64,000 nucleotides of DNA from Candidatus Bipolaricaulota bacterium (GTDB taxonomy: Bacteria; Bipolaricaulota; Bipolaricaulia; RBG-16-55-9; DRXL01), in the NCBI GenBank assembly GCA_025060395.1, contig JANXCC010000007.1:3308-67307 (forward strand), read 5' to 3'. The notes under the pieces are model-generated. The model was not told the DNA's origin. It saw nothing but the letters and a program-made list of their open reading frames with translations, and made no database searches. A program made the position numbers and the translations under genes. Shown here piece after piece: positions 26,499 to 36,199 of the stretch. The number at the start of each line of letters is the position of its first letter. The first letter of the stretch is position 1.

Positions 26499-29400
26499 CG
26501 GAGGATCACCAGCTTCTGGATACGGCTATAGATGAGGGAACCGTCAGCCCCTCGCACCGTAACAACGTAGAGATAGACACCGTTTGCGAGCGTATCTGGG
26601 AACCAAGTCAGCTCTGAGCCTTGATGCCATCCACTTGTGAAGACGATCCTTCCAGCGAGGTTGAAGACCTGGACGTTCAAAGCTGCAATAGCTGTTCCGT
26701 GAGCGCGGAAGCGAATCGCTTGTCCGAGGGCTCGATGTTCAGCGCGCTCTAAGGTCACAGGAGCGTGTGACTGCAGAGGAGCCATCTCAGAAGCTCGGGC
26801 ATCCAACGGTGGGCAATAGCTCAGATAACCGCGGGCAATCTCGCTAATCCGAGTAACATCGCGAGCATCGAGCACACCAAATGGGGGGGCGACGTCGGCA
26901 GCAAGGCGTTGCGCTTCGGTGAGTTCGATAGCTCCTAGAATAGCTCGTGCGACGAGCTGCGCATCGGCTTCTTCGACAAGACCGCTGCTATCGACATCAC
27001 CGCAGAGCAAGAACGAACTTCCCAAAGCGATGACCGTCGCGTCGTTAGGCGTAGGAGTGCGGGGGTCATCGCTGTATTGGCCAGAGATGTTCGAACCGGA
27101 GATCTGGGCTTGGTTGGAGATCGTTAGGGTGTGAGGCGGGAGAGGATTATCAATCTGGACGCGGAAGCTCACGCGAGCTTGGCCTCCGAGAGCCCCCAAT
27201 GCCCCAAAGGCGACCTGAACGCCAGAGGCCCCCCCATGAGCCACACCTAGGCTGGCCTTAGGCGCTTCGTTGACAAGATATGTCTTGGGATCAGGCGTAT
27301 CGGCGAGCGTGAGATTTGAAGCGTCTCGAGTCCCAGCGTTGATGATTGTCAAGACATATTCGAGTATATCTCCGGGGGTGATGGTACCGCTTCGATCGGT
27401 GTCATAGACTAAGAAAGCGTCCTTGGTGAAGTATAGGAGCGGTGCAGCAGCCAGAGCGGTCTTCGTTGCATCCTTCTGCGCTGGGGTATCAGGATCGTCA
27501 CTAGTGATGCTGCCAACCCCAGGGACGTTGACAAGCACATGGTGGGAGATGCTAGAGACGCTTGACGGCAGAGGATCTCTGAGGACGACGTCAAACGAAA
27601 CCGCAGCCATCTCTCCTGGTGGGATTCTGTCTAACAGCACTCCCAGCGAACTGTCTCCTGAGGAGTTACCCGTCTGCACAGTCCCAACAGAAGCGCGCAC
27701 GCTCCCTACCACCAGGGTAGTATTGAGATCAGGGATAGCACTCAAAAAAGCGTTGATAGCTTCAGCGTTTCCGATATTCATGAGCAAGACATGATAGCCG
27801 AGGGTATCGCCAGGGCTAGGAAGGCCATCAAGATCGGCGTCGACTTTGAGAAAGTCTCTCATGAAGACCAACACATAGGGAAGCTGAGCGATGGCCGTGA
27901 GTGTTGGGTCATCGAGGGCTGGTGTTGCTGGATCATCGCTTACGAAGCTGGGGATGTTGTCACCACTCACGAGCACGCGATTGGCTACCGCGGTGATGCC
28001 GCTAGGCAGAGGGGAGTTTACCCCAACGCGGAACGTGATCGTCGCACTCTCGCCGTTGCCTGCTAGCGTGCCTAGGTTCACCTGTACGAATCTATCGTTT
28101 TCTGAGTTCCCCACTAGCACGGCACCTTGAGTGGTCGTCACACTCCCAATCACTAGGGTGACGTTCGGGTCCAAGCTATCGGATACGAGGACAGAGCCAG
28201 CATTCTCGCGACCCACGTTCGTCACCGTGATCGTATATTTGAGGATATCGCCGGGGCTAGGGATGCCGTTTTCATCTAGATCAGAAAAGATCGAGAACGT
28301 CTTGTAGACTCTCAGCAGCGGGGCCACGCTGAGGATGATCTCCGTAGGATCGTAGGGGATAGGCGTCGCCGGATCATCTGTAGGTTCGTCGGGGCGCTCG
28401 TTGCTAGAGACCAGTCCATGAGCGCGAATGCTGAGGACTCCTGGAGGAAGCGAGGGCTTCAAGCGTACTCGGAACTGAACCGTTGCCGACGCCTTTGGGG
28501 CGAGAGTTGTCCATTCGACGCGCACTTGTGACCCCATGGATGACGATATCGTGCCTTCGCTCGCGTTGATGCTATTAGCAACGAGATCAGTATAGGGATC
28601 TAGCATACCCCGGAAGACAACCCCTGTAGCGGCGACCGACCCTCTGTTAGCGATCGTTGCTGAGTACTCTATAGTGTCACCGGGGCTCGCGCCTAAGGGG
28701 GGGATGTCTTCGACGAGAGAGGCCGTAAGAACAGCTTGGAGCTGCGGGCCCTGAGGAGTGGCTCCAACGGTCGTTGTGAGAGACGCGGCATTATTGGCAG
28801 TGTTGCTCTCAGGGGAGTTTGTTATCGCTTGGGCGACTGTGGTGAGCTTAGTACCTGTGGGTACAGAACTGAGCACAGTGACTTGGAGGCTCAGCGAGCC
28901 GCCTTGGCCTGCCGCCAGCGATCCAATCGAGAATGTCACTGTCTGATCAGCGTTGCTTGTCGGTATCTTGCTGGCGCTCACTACTCGAGTCCCTTCAGGG
29001 AGGGTAAGAGTAATCTGCAGGTCCTCAGCGACTGACGGTCCAGCATTATGATAGTTTATAATAAGATTCAAAGAGCCTCCTGGGAGCACGGTCGTCGGTC
29101 CAGAGAGCGATAGCTCTACATCCGCCACACTGTTAACACACGTTGTATCCGAAGCGACAATGGAGTTTGAACTTACAGTCCCTTGAGCGGTATTGCAGAT
29201 GGTATCAGCTGAAGTAGCTGTAGCTTGGAAGCTCACGGTGCCAGCGAGATTCTGCCCTGGGAGAATGGCCTCAAGGATGACCCAGCGGAGGGCATTCACG
29301 CTTGCTGGAGAGGACGGCTCCGTTGCGACAAACGTTGCACCTCCATCGGTAGACCAGAGCGTCAAGCAAGGAGCGCTGCACGTTGCACTTCCTTGAACAT

Positions 29401-30490
29401 AAGTGATCTCTGCCGGGAGGATATTCGTGATCACGATGTTATTTCCCGAAGCGGGATCGCCTATAGGAGCGCCGCCGGTGTTGCCGTAAGCAAAAGAGTA
29501 TGTAATGACTGTCCCGGGAACGGCAGCCGATGGGGTGGCAGAAGCATCGAGGACGAGGTTACCGAGGGTCTCGCGCACTTGAATAGTGATCTTCAGTGCG
29601 CCCAGGTCAGCGTTAAACTTATGTCCACTGCCTGAGGCTGCTTGTTGATAGGGCTGGAGCGTCGTCACACAGTTTCGTAGCCCGATGAACGTATACTTCA
29701 CATAGTCAGATGGGTTGCGCACATAATTTGGCGGCGGATTATGAGAACCAATCCCTGAGAAATAGATCTGGTCTTGATAGGGTGTTGCTCTGATGCTCTG
29801 GAGCGCGACTTCGGTGCGGACGAGACGCAAGCACGTGGGATCGAAGCTAGGGTTGCTGACGGGCTGGAGCCAGACGTCCTCGACGGCCTCAGGACCGGCT
29901 CCGATGGCGCCCAAATCAAAACCCCTGATCGTGATCGTGACGAGCTGGCCAATGCCGATCTGGCCGGAACTGGGCTCTAGGGTCACCGAGCCATCGGCGG
30001 CCAAGATCTTGCTCGAGCTCAGTGCAGATGCGCTGTGGGTCTGCAAAGTGGCGCTCTTCGTCGCGCCGCAACTGCCTTCCGAGATCGCCCACACCACATA
30101 CGGATATGAGATATTGATCGTATTGGGGTAGACGACATGCCAGTAGAGAGTTCGGGTTACTCCAGCGGGAAGGTTCCCCAAGAAGCGAGTCGCTTCGCTG
30201 GGGGAGCCAAGCATGTGTAAGCTCTGCCCGCTAACCTCGTCAAAGACTCCTGGGATGGTGCCATTCCCAAGGAAGACTGTGACGTTCTCGAGCACTGTTG
30301 AGCCGGTGTTCTGCACCCTTGCTGAGAGCGTAGCGACCCTTGGCCCCTCCGCAGCGACGAGCGCGAACGGACTGGACGTGATCGTGATCTTCAGCGAACA
30401 GCTGGCGTAGACGACCCGGTTTGAGATCGCACCAGACACGAAGAGAGAGAACACACCGGCTAGGACCAGCAAGCAGATCTGTCGGCGCAT
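26495..30490 (-). CDS. giant secreted repeat protein: DUF11-type repeats, dockerin and an Ig-like sorting-type C-terminal domain
   Basis: 1331 aa with a signal peptide and at least five DUF11-like repeats (PGDTIEYSATIANRGS, PGDILKYTITVTNVGR, PGDTLGYHVLLMNIGN, PGDILEYVLTIINAGT). Its dockerin-like pair is GDVDSSGLVEEADAQLVARAILG / ADVAPPFGVLDARDVTRISEIARG. The C-terminus reads VQVFNLAGRIVF...LANGVYLYVVTV. Confidence 0.75.
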   Translation of the reverse strand: MRRQICLLVLAGVFSLFVSGAISNRVVYASCSLKITITSSPFALVAAEGPRVATLSARVQNTGSTVLENVTVFLGNGTIPGVFDEVSGQSLHMLGSPSEATRFLGNLPAGVTRTLYWHVVYPNTINISYPYVVWAISEGSCGATKSATLQTHSASALSSSKILAADGSVTLEPSSGQIGIGQLVTITIRGFDLGAIGAGPEAVEDVWLQPVSNPSFDPTCLRLVRTEVALQSIRATPYQDQIYFSGIGSHNPPPNYVRNPSDYVKYTFIGLRNCVTTLQPYQQAASGSGHKFNADLGALKITIQVRETLGNLVLDASATPSAAVPGTVITYSFAYGNTGGAPIGDPASGNNIVITNILPAEITYVQGSATCSAPCLTLWSTDGGATFVATEPSSPASVNALRWVILEAILPGQNLAGTVSFQATATSADTICNTAQGTVSSNSIVASDTTCVNSVADVELSLSGPTTVLPGGSLNLIINYHNAGPSVAEDLQITLTLPEGTRVVSASKIPTSNADQTVTFSIGSLAAGQGGSLSLQVTVLSSVPTGTKLTTVAQAITNSPESNTANNAASLTTTVGATPQGPQLQAVLTASLVEDIPPLGASPGDTIEYSATIANRGSVAATGVVFRGMLDPYTDLVANSINASEGTISSSMGSQVRVEWTTLAPKASATVQFRVRLKPSLPPGVLSIRAHGLVSSNERPDEPTDDPATPIPYDPTEIILSVAPLLRVYKTFSIFSDLDENGIPSPGDILKYTITVTNVGRENAGSVLVSDSLDPNVTLVIGSVTTTQGAVLVGNSENDRFVQVNLGTLAGNGESATITFRVGVNSPLPSGITAVANRVLVSGDNIPSFVSDDPATPALDDPTLTAIAQLPYVLVFMRDFLKVDADLDGLPSPGDTLGYHVLLMNIGNAEAINAFLSAIPDLNTTLVVGSVRASVGTVQTGNSSGDSSLGVLLDRIPPGEMAAVSFDVVLRDPLPSSVSSISHHVLVNVPGVGSITSDDPDTPAQKDATKTALAAAPLLYFTKDAFLVYDTDRSGTITPGDILEYVLTIINAGTRDASNLTLADTPDPKTYLVNEAPKASLGVAHGGASGVQVAFGALGALGGQARVSFRVQIDNPLPPHTLTISNQAQISGSNISGQYSDDPRTPTPNDATVIALGSSFLLCGDVDSSGLVEEADAQLVARAILGAIELTEAQRLAADVAPPFGVLDARDVTRISEIARGYLSYCPPLDARASEMAPLQSHAPVTLERAEHRALGQAIRFRAHGTAIAALNVQVFNLAGRIVFTSGWHQGSELTWFPDTLANGVYLYVVTVRGADGSLIYSRIQKLVILR

Positions 30491-30739
30491 AGCACCTCAC
30501 TGTACAGTGTCGCAGCTCACTCGTGCTGCGGTGCTGCACAGCAGCACCGTTACACCGATTGTACGACTTAGCGGGCTAGGGAACGGTGTCTGAGGTCTAG
30601 GCGCGGGTGCCACTTCTTCCGCCAGTTAATGGACGGATGGGGTGGGATCAGGCAGACAAGGGTCCTACGTTGCATCACAGCAGGTACGGAGCGACTTGAT
30701 TTGGTACAATTAAAATAAATCTTGGGGGGTGAGCATACT

Positions 30740-30955
30740 ATGGGCGAATTGATCTTTGCGCTAATCATCTTGCTGAGCACGGTGATTGGGTTTATTGGAT
30801 TGGGGTACATGGTCTTTTCGCCGCCGACGGCGCCGAAGGTCTTTCTCATCGCAGGGATTATTGCGATGATCGGGTTTTTTGGGTATGCGGTCTCGCGCGT
30901 GCGCGCAGAGAGACGAGCGCAGAGCACCAACAATCCTGGGGAACGGAAGAGCTGA
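30740..30955 (+). CDS. small two-TM membrane protein
   Basis: ATG 30740 follows GGGGGTGAG. The 71-aa product reads MGELIFALIILLSTVIGFIGLGYMVF...IAGIIAMIGFFGYAV. Confidence 0.45.
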   Translation: MGELIFALIILLSTVIGFIGLGYMVFSPPTAPKVFLIAGIIAMIGFFGYAVSRVRAERRAQSTNNPGERKS

Positions 30956-31049
30956 GATCCCGCTCAAGTCCCTTCATCTTCGGCGTCTTTGTCGCACAAT
31001 TTGTCGTGAACGATGGTCGCAACTGTCACCCTCCTTTGCTAGGGTATAA

Positions 31050-32573
31050 TTATCGTCCTCGCAACAAGTACTTTTGAATCTTCCCTGACGCGGTCTTGGG
31101 CAGCTCTTTGACAAACTCGATCTCTCGCGGATGCTTGTACGCGGCTAACTCTCTGAGACAGTGCTGGCGGATCTCTTCCGCTAACGCTTCTGAGGGTTCA
31201 TAGCCAGCCTTGAGCACAATGTACGCTTTGACCGTCTCGCCCTTGCGCTCGTCGGGAATCCCCACGACAGCACACTCCGCAACAGCGGGATGTTCGTATA
31301 GAACGTGCTCGACTTCCTTAGGGAAAACTTTCACTCCCCCAACGTTGATCATATCTTTGACACGATCGACTATATAGTAATAGCCCTCTTCGTCAACATA
31401 CGCTAAATCCCCGGTGTGGAAGAAGCCCTCTTCGTCAATAGCTTGGCGCGTCGCTTCAGGATTGTTGTGATAGCCCTTCATCACCATGGGGCCACGCACG
31501 CACAGCTCTCCGACTTGTCCCACGGGAAGCTGTCTATTATTTTCATCAACGATCTTGCACTCGGCGCCCTCGATGGGCCAGCCAATCGAGCCGATCTTGG
31601 GCCTGGGCGCCGCTAAGTTCGTATGCGTCACCGGCGAGGTCTCGGTCAGTCCGTAGCCTTCGTAAACAGTGATGCCAAGCTTCTTCTGCATCGCTTCGAT
31701 GACGGGCACGGGCATCTTCGCGCCCCCAGAGCTGCAGAGCCTAAGCGAACTGAGATCGTACTGCGTGACTTTAGGATGATTTAACAGATCGATATAGAGT
31801 GTGGGAACGCAGACCATGCTCGTGATCTTATGCTCTTGGATAAGCTGCATCGCGTGTTCAGCGTCCCAACGGAGCATGGGGTAGATAGTCACGCCCATCG
31901 AGAGCGGGCTGAGCATGAGCACGGTCATCCCCGTGATATGAAACATTGGAATGGGCACCAGCAAGCGTTCGCCTGCGCCCTTGGCTTGCATTAGTTTCAT
32001 CACGGCTTGGATGTTACTGCTTAAATTTTTATGAGTAAGCAAGACACCCTTGGGTTTGCCCGTCGTCCCCGACGTGTAGGGCATAAGCGCAAGATCGTCA
32101 TCGTCGCGCTCTACAAACGTCGGGGGATGCTTCAGCAGTTCGTCAAAATTTGGGTACGCCGAGCCAGGGCCAACGACAAAGACTTTCAGATCGGGAAGCT
32201 CTTCGGCAGCTTTAGCGACTTCTTCAAGCATGAAGACCGGAGCGATAATCAGCTTCGCCCCAGAATCTGTGATCTGATGGATGATCTCCCGCTTTTTGAG
32301 CGTGGGGTTCATAGGAGTGGGAACACATCCGGCTTTGAACCCACCCCAGATCGCGATCACAAATTGAGGCAGATTGGGTAGATAGACAGCAAAACGATCT
32401 CCAGGGGCAAGCCCGAGGGCTTTTAGACCTCCGGCGAATCGGCTTGTCAGCTCAGCAAGCTCTTTGTAGGAGATCGCCCGCGAGGGCACAGCGTTGGGGA
32501 TGCCAGGGAAATAGACAGCCGTTCTCTCTGAGTGCTGTTGCGCAGCGTGGTCAAAGAGATGCGCGACGTTCAT
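31050..32573 (-). CDS. long-chain fatty-acid--CoA ligase (AMP-binding enzyme)
   Basis: 507 aa with the AMP-binding motif YTSGTTGKPKGV, plus GYGLTE, TGD and a C-terminal ...PKTASGKIQK. Confidence 0.85.
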   Translation of the reverse strand: MNVAHLFDHAAQQHSERTAVYFPGIPNAVPSRAISYKELAELTSRFAGGLKALGLAPGDRFAVYLPNLPQFVIAIWGGFKAGCVPTPMNPTLKKREIIHQITDSGAKLIIAPVFMLEEVAKAAEELPDLKVFVVGPGSAYPNFDELLKHPPTFVERDDDDLALMPYTSGTTGKPKGVLLTHKNLSSNIQAVMKLMQAKGAGERLLVPIPMFHITGMTVLMLSPLSMGVTIYPMLRWDAEHAMQLIQEHKITSMVCVPTLYIDLLNHPKVTQYDLSSLRLCSSGGAKMPVPVIEAMQKKLGITVYEGYGLTETSPVTHTNLAAPRPKIGSIGWPIEGAECKIVDENNRQLPVGQVGELCVRGPMVMKGYHNNPEATRQAIDEEGFFHTGDLAYVDEEGYYYIVDRVKDMINVGGVKVFPKEVEHVLYEHPAVAECAVVGIPDERKGETVKAYIVLKAGYEPSEALAEEIRQHCLRELAAYKHPREIEFVKELPKTASGKIQKYLLRGR

Positions 32574-32637
32574 AGCGAGACCTCCTCACGCTGGGGGCTT
32601 ATGGTATCTTATAACGACAGCTTAGGCGTAGTCAAGA

Positions 32638-32772
32638 TTACTTTGGGGATTGCACAAGACGTTCTGTTTCATCTAGCTTGAAGTGTAGCTCCAAGGTGTG
32701 GCGGATATGAAGGCGCTTGGCCGGCGTCGAGCGCGTAAATCCTCGATGCTCTCGTAGAGCTTCGCGGTTCAT
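32638..32772 (-). pseudogene. RbfA C-terminal fragment (44 codons)
   Basis: An ATG overlaps the DUF503 stop (ATGA). The ORF reads MNREALREHRGFTRSTPAKRLHIRHTLELHFKLDETERLVQSPK and resembles the RbfA C-terminal ...LR..PEL.F..D motif. The N-terminal two-thirds of RbfA are absent. Confidence 0.35.
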
Positions 32773-33050
32773 AGAATCTCGATCTCGTAATCTTCTACTG
32801 TAATATCTCTGTAGCGCTCCACAGCTTCGACCAACTTCCCCAACAGCGCGTTGTTGACCCGCCCATCGTTACAGACGATCGCCGCGCCCAGCACAGCCGA
32901 CTTCCAATCGTCTAACCGATCGATCTCTGCAATCGAGGCATTGAATTTACGGCGCAGGTGCGCGATCAGGCTCTGGAGGATATGCCGCTTCTCCTTGAGA
33001 GACTTAGGCTCATGCAAGCGTAATGTCAAACGCACCACCCCGATCCGCAT
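32769..33050 (-). CDS. DUF503 (YlxP-like) protein
   Basis: MRIGVVRLTLRLHEPKSLKEKRHILQSLIAHLRRKFNASIAEID... is the typical DUF503 pattern, and the gene lies downstream of infB as in many genomes. Confidence 0.75.
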   Translation of the reverse strand: MRIGVVRLTLRLHEPKSLKEKRHILQSLIAHLRRKFNASIAEIDRLDDWKSAVLGAAIVCNDGRVNNALLGKLVEAVERYRDITVEDYEIEIL

Positions 33051-33099
33051 AGGGGTCACCCCCAACTTCCCCGCTCCTGGCTGCAGCGCGCCCCCTTAG

Positions 33100-35025
33100 T
33101 TAGAACCCCCTGACGACCTCACGCATGTAGAACTCTAAGATATCGCCCTCCTCGATCTTCTCAAACCCAGCTATCTTGATCCCGCATTCTTTGCCTTTTT
33201 CGATCTTCTTCTCGTCTCGATCGAGATGCTTCAAGCTGGCCAAAGTTCCATCGAAGATGACCGTGTCATTGCGTTTGACGCGCACGCGCGCCTCCCGCAG
33301 CACATAGCCATCGCGCACATAGCACCCGGCTACAGCTCCCACGTTGGGGATCTTGAAGACCCGGCGGATCTCAGCCTCGCCGATCTTCGTCTCGCGGATC
33401 TGAGGAGCAACGAGCCCTTGGAGCGCTCTCTTGACGTCATCGGTCAAATCGTAGATGACATCATAGAGCTTGATGGAGACGCCTTCTTGATCGGCAAGCT
33501 TAGCAGCTTTGTCGTCAACCCCGGTGCGAAAGCCAAGGATCACCGCGTCTTTGGCAGTCGAGGCGAGCAAGACATCGCTCTCGTTGACGTGGCCCACGCC
33601 TTCATGGAGAAATTCAAGATCCACCGACTCGACTTTCAGAGTCTTCAGCTCTTGGCGCACTGCTTCCAAACAACCGACGCTATCGGCCTTCAAGATGATC
33701 TGCAGCATGCGCTTCTTCGCCTGGGCTTGCTGCTGTAGGATATCGTGAATAGTGCGGCGCGGTTTCTCTAAACGCTTGCGGCGCAACTCGTCGAGGCGAG
33801 CCTCAACCAGACGTTTAGCTTCCATCAGATCGGTCATGACTCCAAAGCGCTCTCCTGCGCCGGGGACTTCAGAGAGCCCAAGGACTTGGACGGCTGAGCC
33901 TGGACCGGCTTCATTGACTCGACGCCCACGGTCATCTAAGAGTGCGCGAATGCGTCCATACGCCGTATGACAGACCATAATATCGCGCTCACGGAGTGTC
34001 CCCTCTTGGACGATCACGGTGGCGATGGGACCGCGGGCAGGGTCAAGCGCACTTTCGATGACTACCCCGCGAGGAGGCGCGTGCGGATCTGCTCGCAGCT
34101 CTTGCAACTCTGCGACGAGCAAGATCATCTCTAGGAGCTCATCCACGCCCTGGCCGGTGAGCGCAGAGATAGGCACGGTGATCGTCTCGCCGCCCCAGTC
34201 CTCTGGAGTAAGCCCCTCTCGCGCTAACTGTTCCTTAACGCGCTGCACGTTCGCCGTGGGTTTGTCTATCTTATTAATAGCAACGATGATGGGGACTTTA
34301 GCAGCGCGGGCATGGCTGATCGCCTCGCGGGTCTGTTCCATGACGCCATCGTCTGCTGCGACGACCAGGACCGCAATATCGGTGACTTGGGCGCCGCGAG
34401 CGCGCATGTTGGCAAAAGCTTTATGGCCCGGCGTGTCGATGAACGTGATTTTTCTGTTTTTATATTCGACTTGATACGCCCCGATAGACTGGGTGATGCC
34501 GCCAGCCTCGCTGGCTGCTACGTGCGTCTTGCGAATATAGTCCAAGAGCGTTGTCTTGCCGTGGTCGACGTGGCCCAAGATCGTGACGACCGGGGGCCGT
34601 GGGATTAAAGGCTTGGCTGGGGGCGGTGGAGGTGGGGCAGGCTTTTCTAGAACTTCAGCTTGGGGTTTGGGCGGAGCGGGCGCTACGGCTTGTGCCTGGG
34701 CTTGCAGCGCAGGAGCAGGCGCTAGCGATGCTGTGGGTTGTACTCCTGTAGGCGACGCCGGAGCTTGGGGGTGCGGGGCTTCCGGTTTCTTTGGAGTTGG
34801 TTCTATCGTGGGCTGAGGGGCTATCGGCGTAGCGTGTGACGGTGGGGTTACGGGGGCTATGGGTTTGGGTTCAGGCTGGGCAAAGAGCTCTTTCGCAATC
34901 TTATACTCTTCTTCCGTGAGATTCTCAAAGCTATGCTTGCGCTTCTTGATCCCCCGTGTCTCGAGGCGCGCGACAAGCTCCGCAATAGTCGTGTTCAGTT
35001 CCTTGGCGACCTTATGCAATTGCAT
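33100..35025 (-). CDS. infB: translation initiation factor IF-2
   Basis: 641 aa with a Pro/Ala-rich linker, the GTPase motifs [14 protein letters not shown] and NKID, and C-terminal beta-barrel domains. Confidence 0.95.
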   Translation of the reverse strand: MQLHKVAKELNTTIAELVARLETRGIKKRKHSFENLTEEEYKIAKELFAQPEPKPIAPVTPPSHATPIAPQPTIEPTPKKPEAPHPQAPASPTGVQPTASLAPAPALQAQAQAVAPAPPKPQAEVLEKPAPPPPPPAKPLIPRPPVVTILGHVDHGKTTLLDYIRKTHVAASEAGGITQSIGAYQVEYKNRKITFIDTPGHKAFANMRARGAQVTDIAVLVVAADDGVMEQTREAISHARAAKVPIIVAINKIDKPTANVQRVKEQLAREGLTPEDWGGETITVPISALTGQGVDELLEMILLVAELQELRADPHAPPRGVVIESALDPARGPIATVIVQEGTLRERDIMVCHTAYGRIRALLDDRGRRVNEAGPGSAVQVLGLSEVPGAGERFGVMTDLMEAKRLVEARLDELRRKRLEKPRRTIHDILQQQAQAKKRMLQIILKADSVGCLEAVRQELKTLKVESVDLEFLHEGVGHVNESDVLLASTAKDAVILGFRTGVDDKAAKLADQEGVSIKLYDVIYDLTDDVKRALQGLVAPQIRETKIGEAEIRRVFKIPNVGAVAGCYVRDGYVLREARVRVKRNDTVIFDGTLASLKHLDRDEKKIEKGKECGIKIAGFEKIEEGDILEFYMREVVRGF

Positions 35026-35077
35026 AATTGAGACTCTACGCTCCTACGGAAGTGCTAATAGAATCGGTCAAATCTAC

Positions 35078-35106
35078 ACTATACCGTCTTTGGAGGGATT
35101 TGTCAA
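35078..35106 (-). promoter_or_regulatory. sigma-70-type promoter of infB
   Basis: On the reverse strand: TTGACA (35106-35101), 17-nt spacer, TATAGT (35083-35078). It starts right after the ychF stop. Confidence 0.5.
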
Positions 35107-35108
35107 CT

Positions 35109-36197
35109 TCAGGCGACGACGAAGTGGATGACGTCGCCGTCCTGGACTTCATACTTTTCGCCGTGGCGGTGGAGATGCCCAAGCTCTCGTAAGCGCGCCA
35201 GCGATCTTTCCCTCACGAGCTCATCCCAGCGAGCGACCTCGCATAAGACAAAGCGTTCAGCAAAATCCGTGTGAATCTTGGCGCCGGCTTGCGGGGCGTG
35301 TGTCCCCTTGGGCACTGTCCAGGCGCGCACCTCCGGACCGTCGATAGTATAGAACGTCACCAAGTGCAAGATCTCGTAACCGGCGCGCACGAGCGCATCA
35401 AGCCCAGACTCTTCAATGCCTAGCTCTCTTCTAAACGCACGGCGCTCTTCGTCGGTGTCAGCAGCCTCATAGACTTCAGACTCTAATCGCCCACGAATGA
35501 CAACGGCTTTCGTCCCACGTTCCGTGGCGAGCCTCTGCACTTCTCGAGAGTATTCGTTCTCACCTTCATCGCCGACGTTGGCGACAAAGAGCACGGGCTT
35601 GAGAGTAAGGGGGTTTAGGTCTTTCAGAAACGGGCGCTCGTGCTCGTGGATAGCTATGTCGCGAACGTGCTTCCCTTGCGCCAATCCCTGACGAAGTCGC
35701 TCGAAGAACTCATATTCAGCCTTGGCGGCTTTATCGCCGAGCTTGACCCGAGAGGCGAGCGATTTCACGCGCTTTTCAACGAGTTCTAGGTCCTTGAGCA
35801 AGAGCTCAGTCTCGATCACTTCGATATCGCGTTTGGGATCGAGCGAGCCGTCGACGTGGATGACTTCAGGATCTTCAAAGCAGCGCACAATGTGCACGAT
35901 GGCGTCGACGTTCCGAATCTCAGCGAGAAACTGATTGCCGAGTCCTTGGCCCTCACTAGCGCCCTTCACAAGCCCCGCGATATCTATAAACTGCAGCGTC
36001 GTTGGGACCTTCTTTTTTTCTGGGAAGAGCTGATGGAGCGCATCGAGCCTGGGATCAGGCACAGGGGCAACGCCGACGTTGGGCTGGATGGTGGTGAACG
36101 GATAGTTATCAACCTTGGCCCCAGCGGCCGTCAGAGCATTGAAGATCGTGCTCTTGCCGACATTGGGGAGGCCCACCAGCCCGCAGCTGAAGCCCAT
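35109..36197 (-). CDS. ychF: redox-regulated ATPase YchF
   Basis: 362 aa with [21 protein letters not shown] and a C-terminal TGS-like ...GDVIHF. Confidence 0.95.
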   Translation of the reverse strand: MGFSCGLVGLPNVGKSTIFNALTAAGAKVDNYPFTTIQPNVGVAPVPDPRLDALHQLFPEKKKVPTTLQFIDIAGLVKGASEGQGLGNQFLAEIRNVDAIVHIVRCFEDPEVIHVDGSLDPKRDIEVIETELLLKDLELVEKRVKSLASRVKLGDKAAKAEYEFFERLRQGLAQGKHVRDIAIHEHERPFLKDLNPLTLKPVLFVANVGDEGENEYSREVQRLATERGTKAVVIRGRLESEVYEAADTDEERRAFRRELGIEESGLDALVRAGYEILHLVTFYTIDGPEVRAWTVPKGTHAPQAGAKIHTDFAERFVLCEVARWDELVRERSLARLRELGHLHRHGEKYEVQDGDVIHFVVA

Positions 36198-36199
36198 GC

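Noticed and set aside
26919-30539. Numerous 60-136-aa ORFs on both strands inside the giant repeat-protein gene.
   Set aside because: All are nested in the 1331-aa ORF. They are typical GC-rich off-frame and antisense open frames.
30528-30546. The GGTGCTGC-ACA-GCAGCACC hairpin upstream of the giant gene, considered as a terminator.
   Set aside because: No gene ends nearby on either strand, and it lies in the 5' UTR/promoter region of the giant gene. It may be regulatory, but I cannot support a call.
33226-34816. Plus-strand ORFs of 72-170 aa opposite infB.
   Set aside because: They are antisense to a highly conserved GTPase gene and carry no independent signals.
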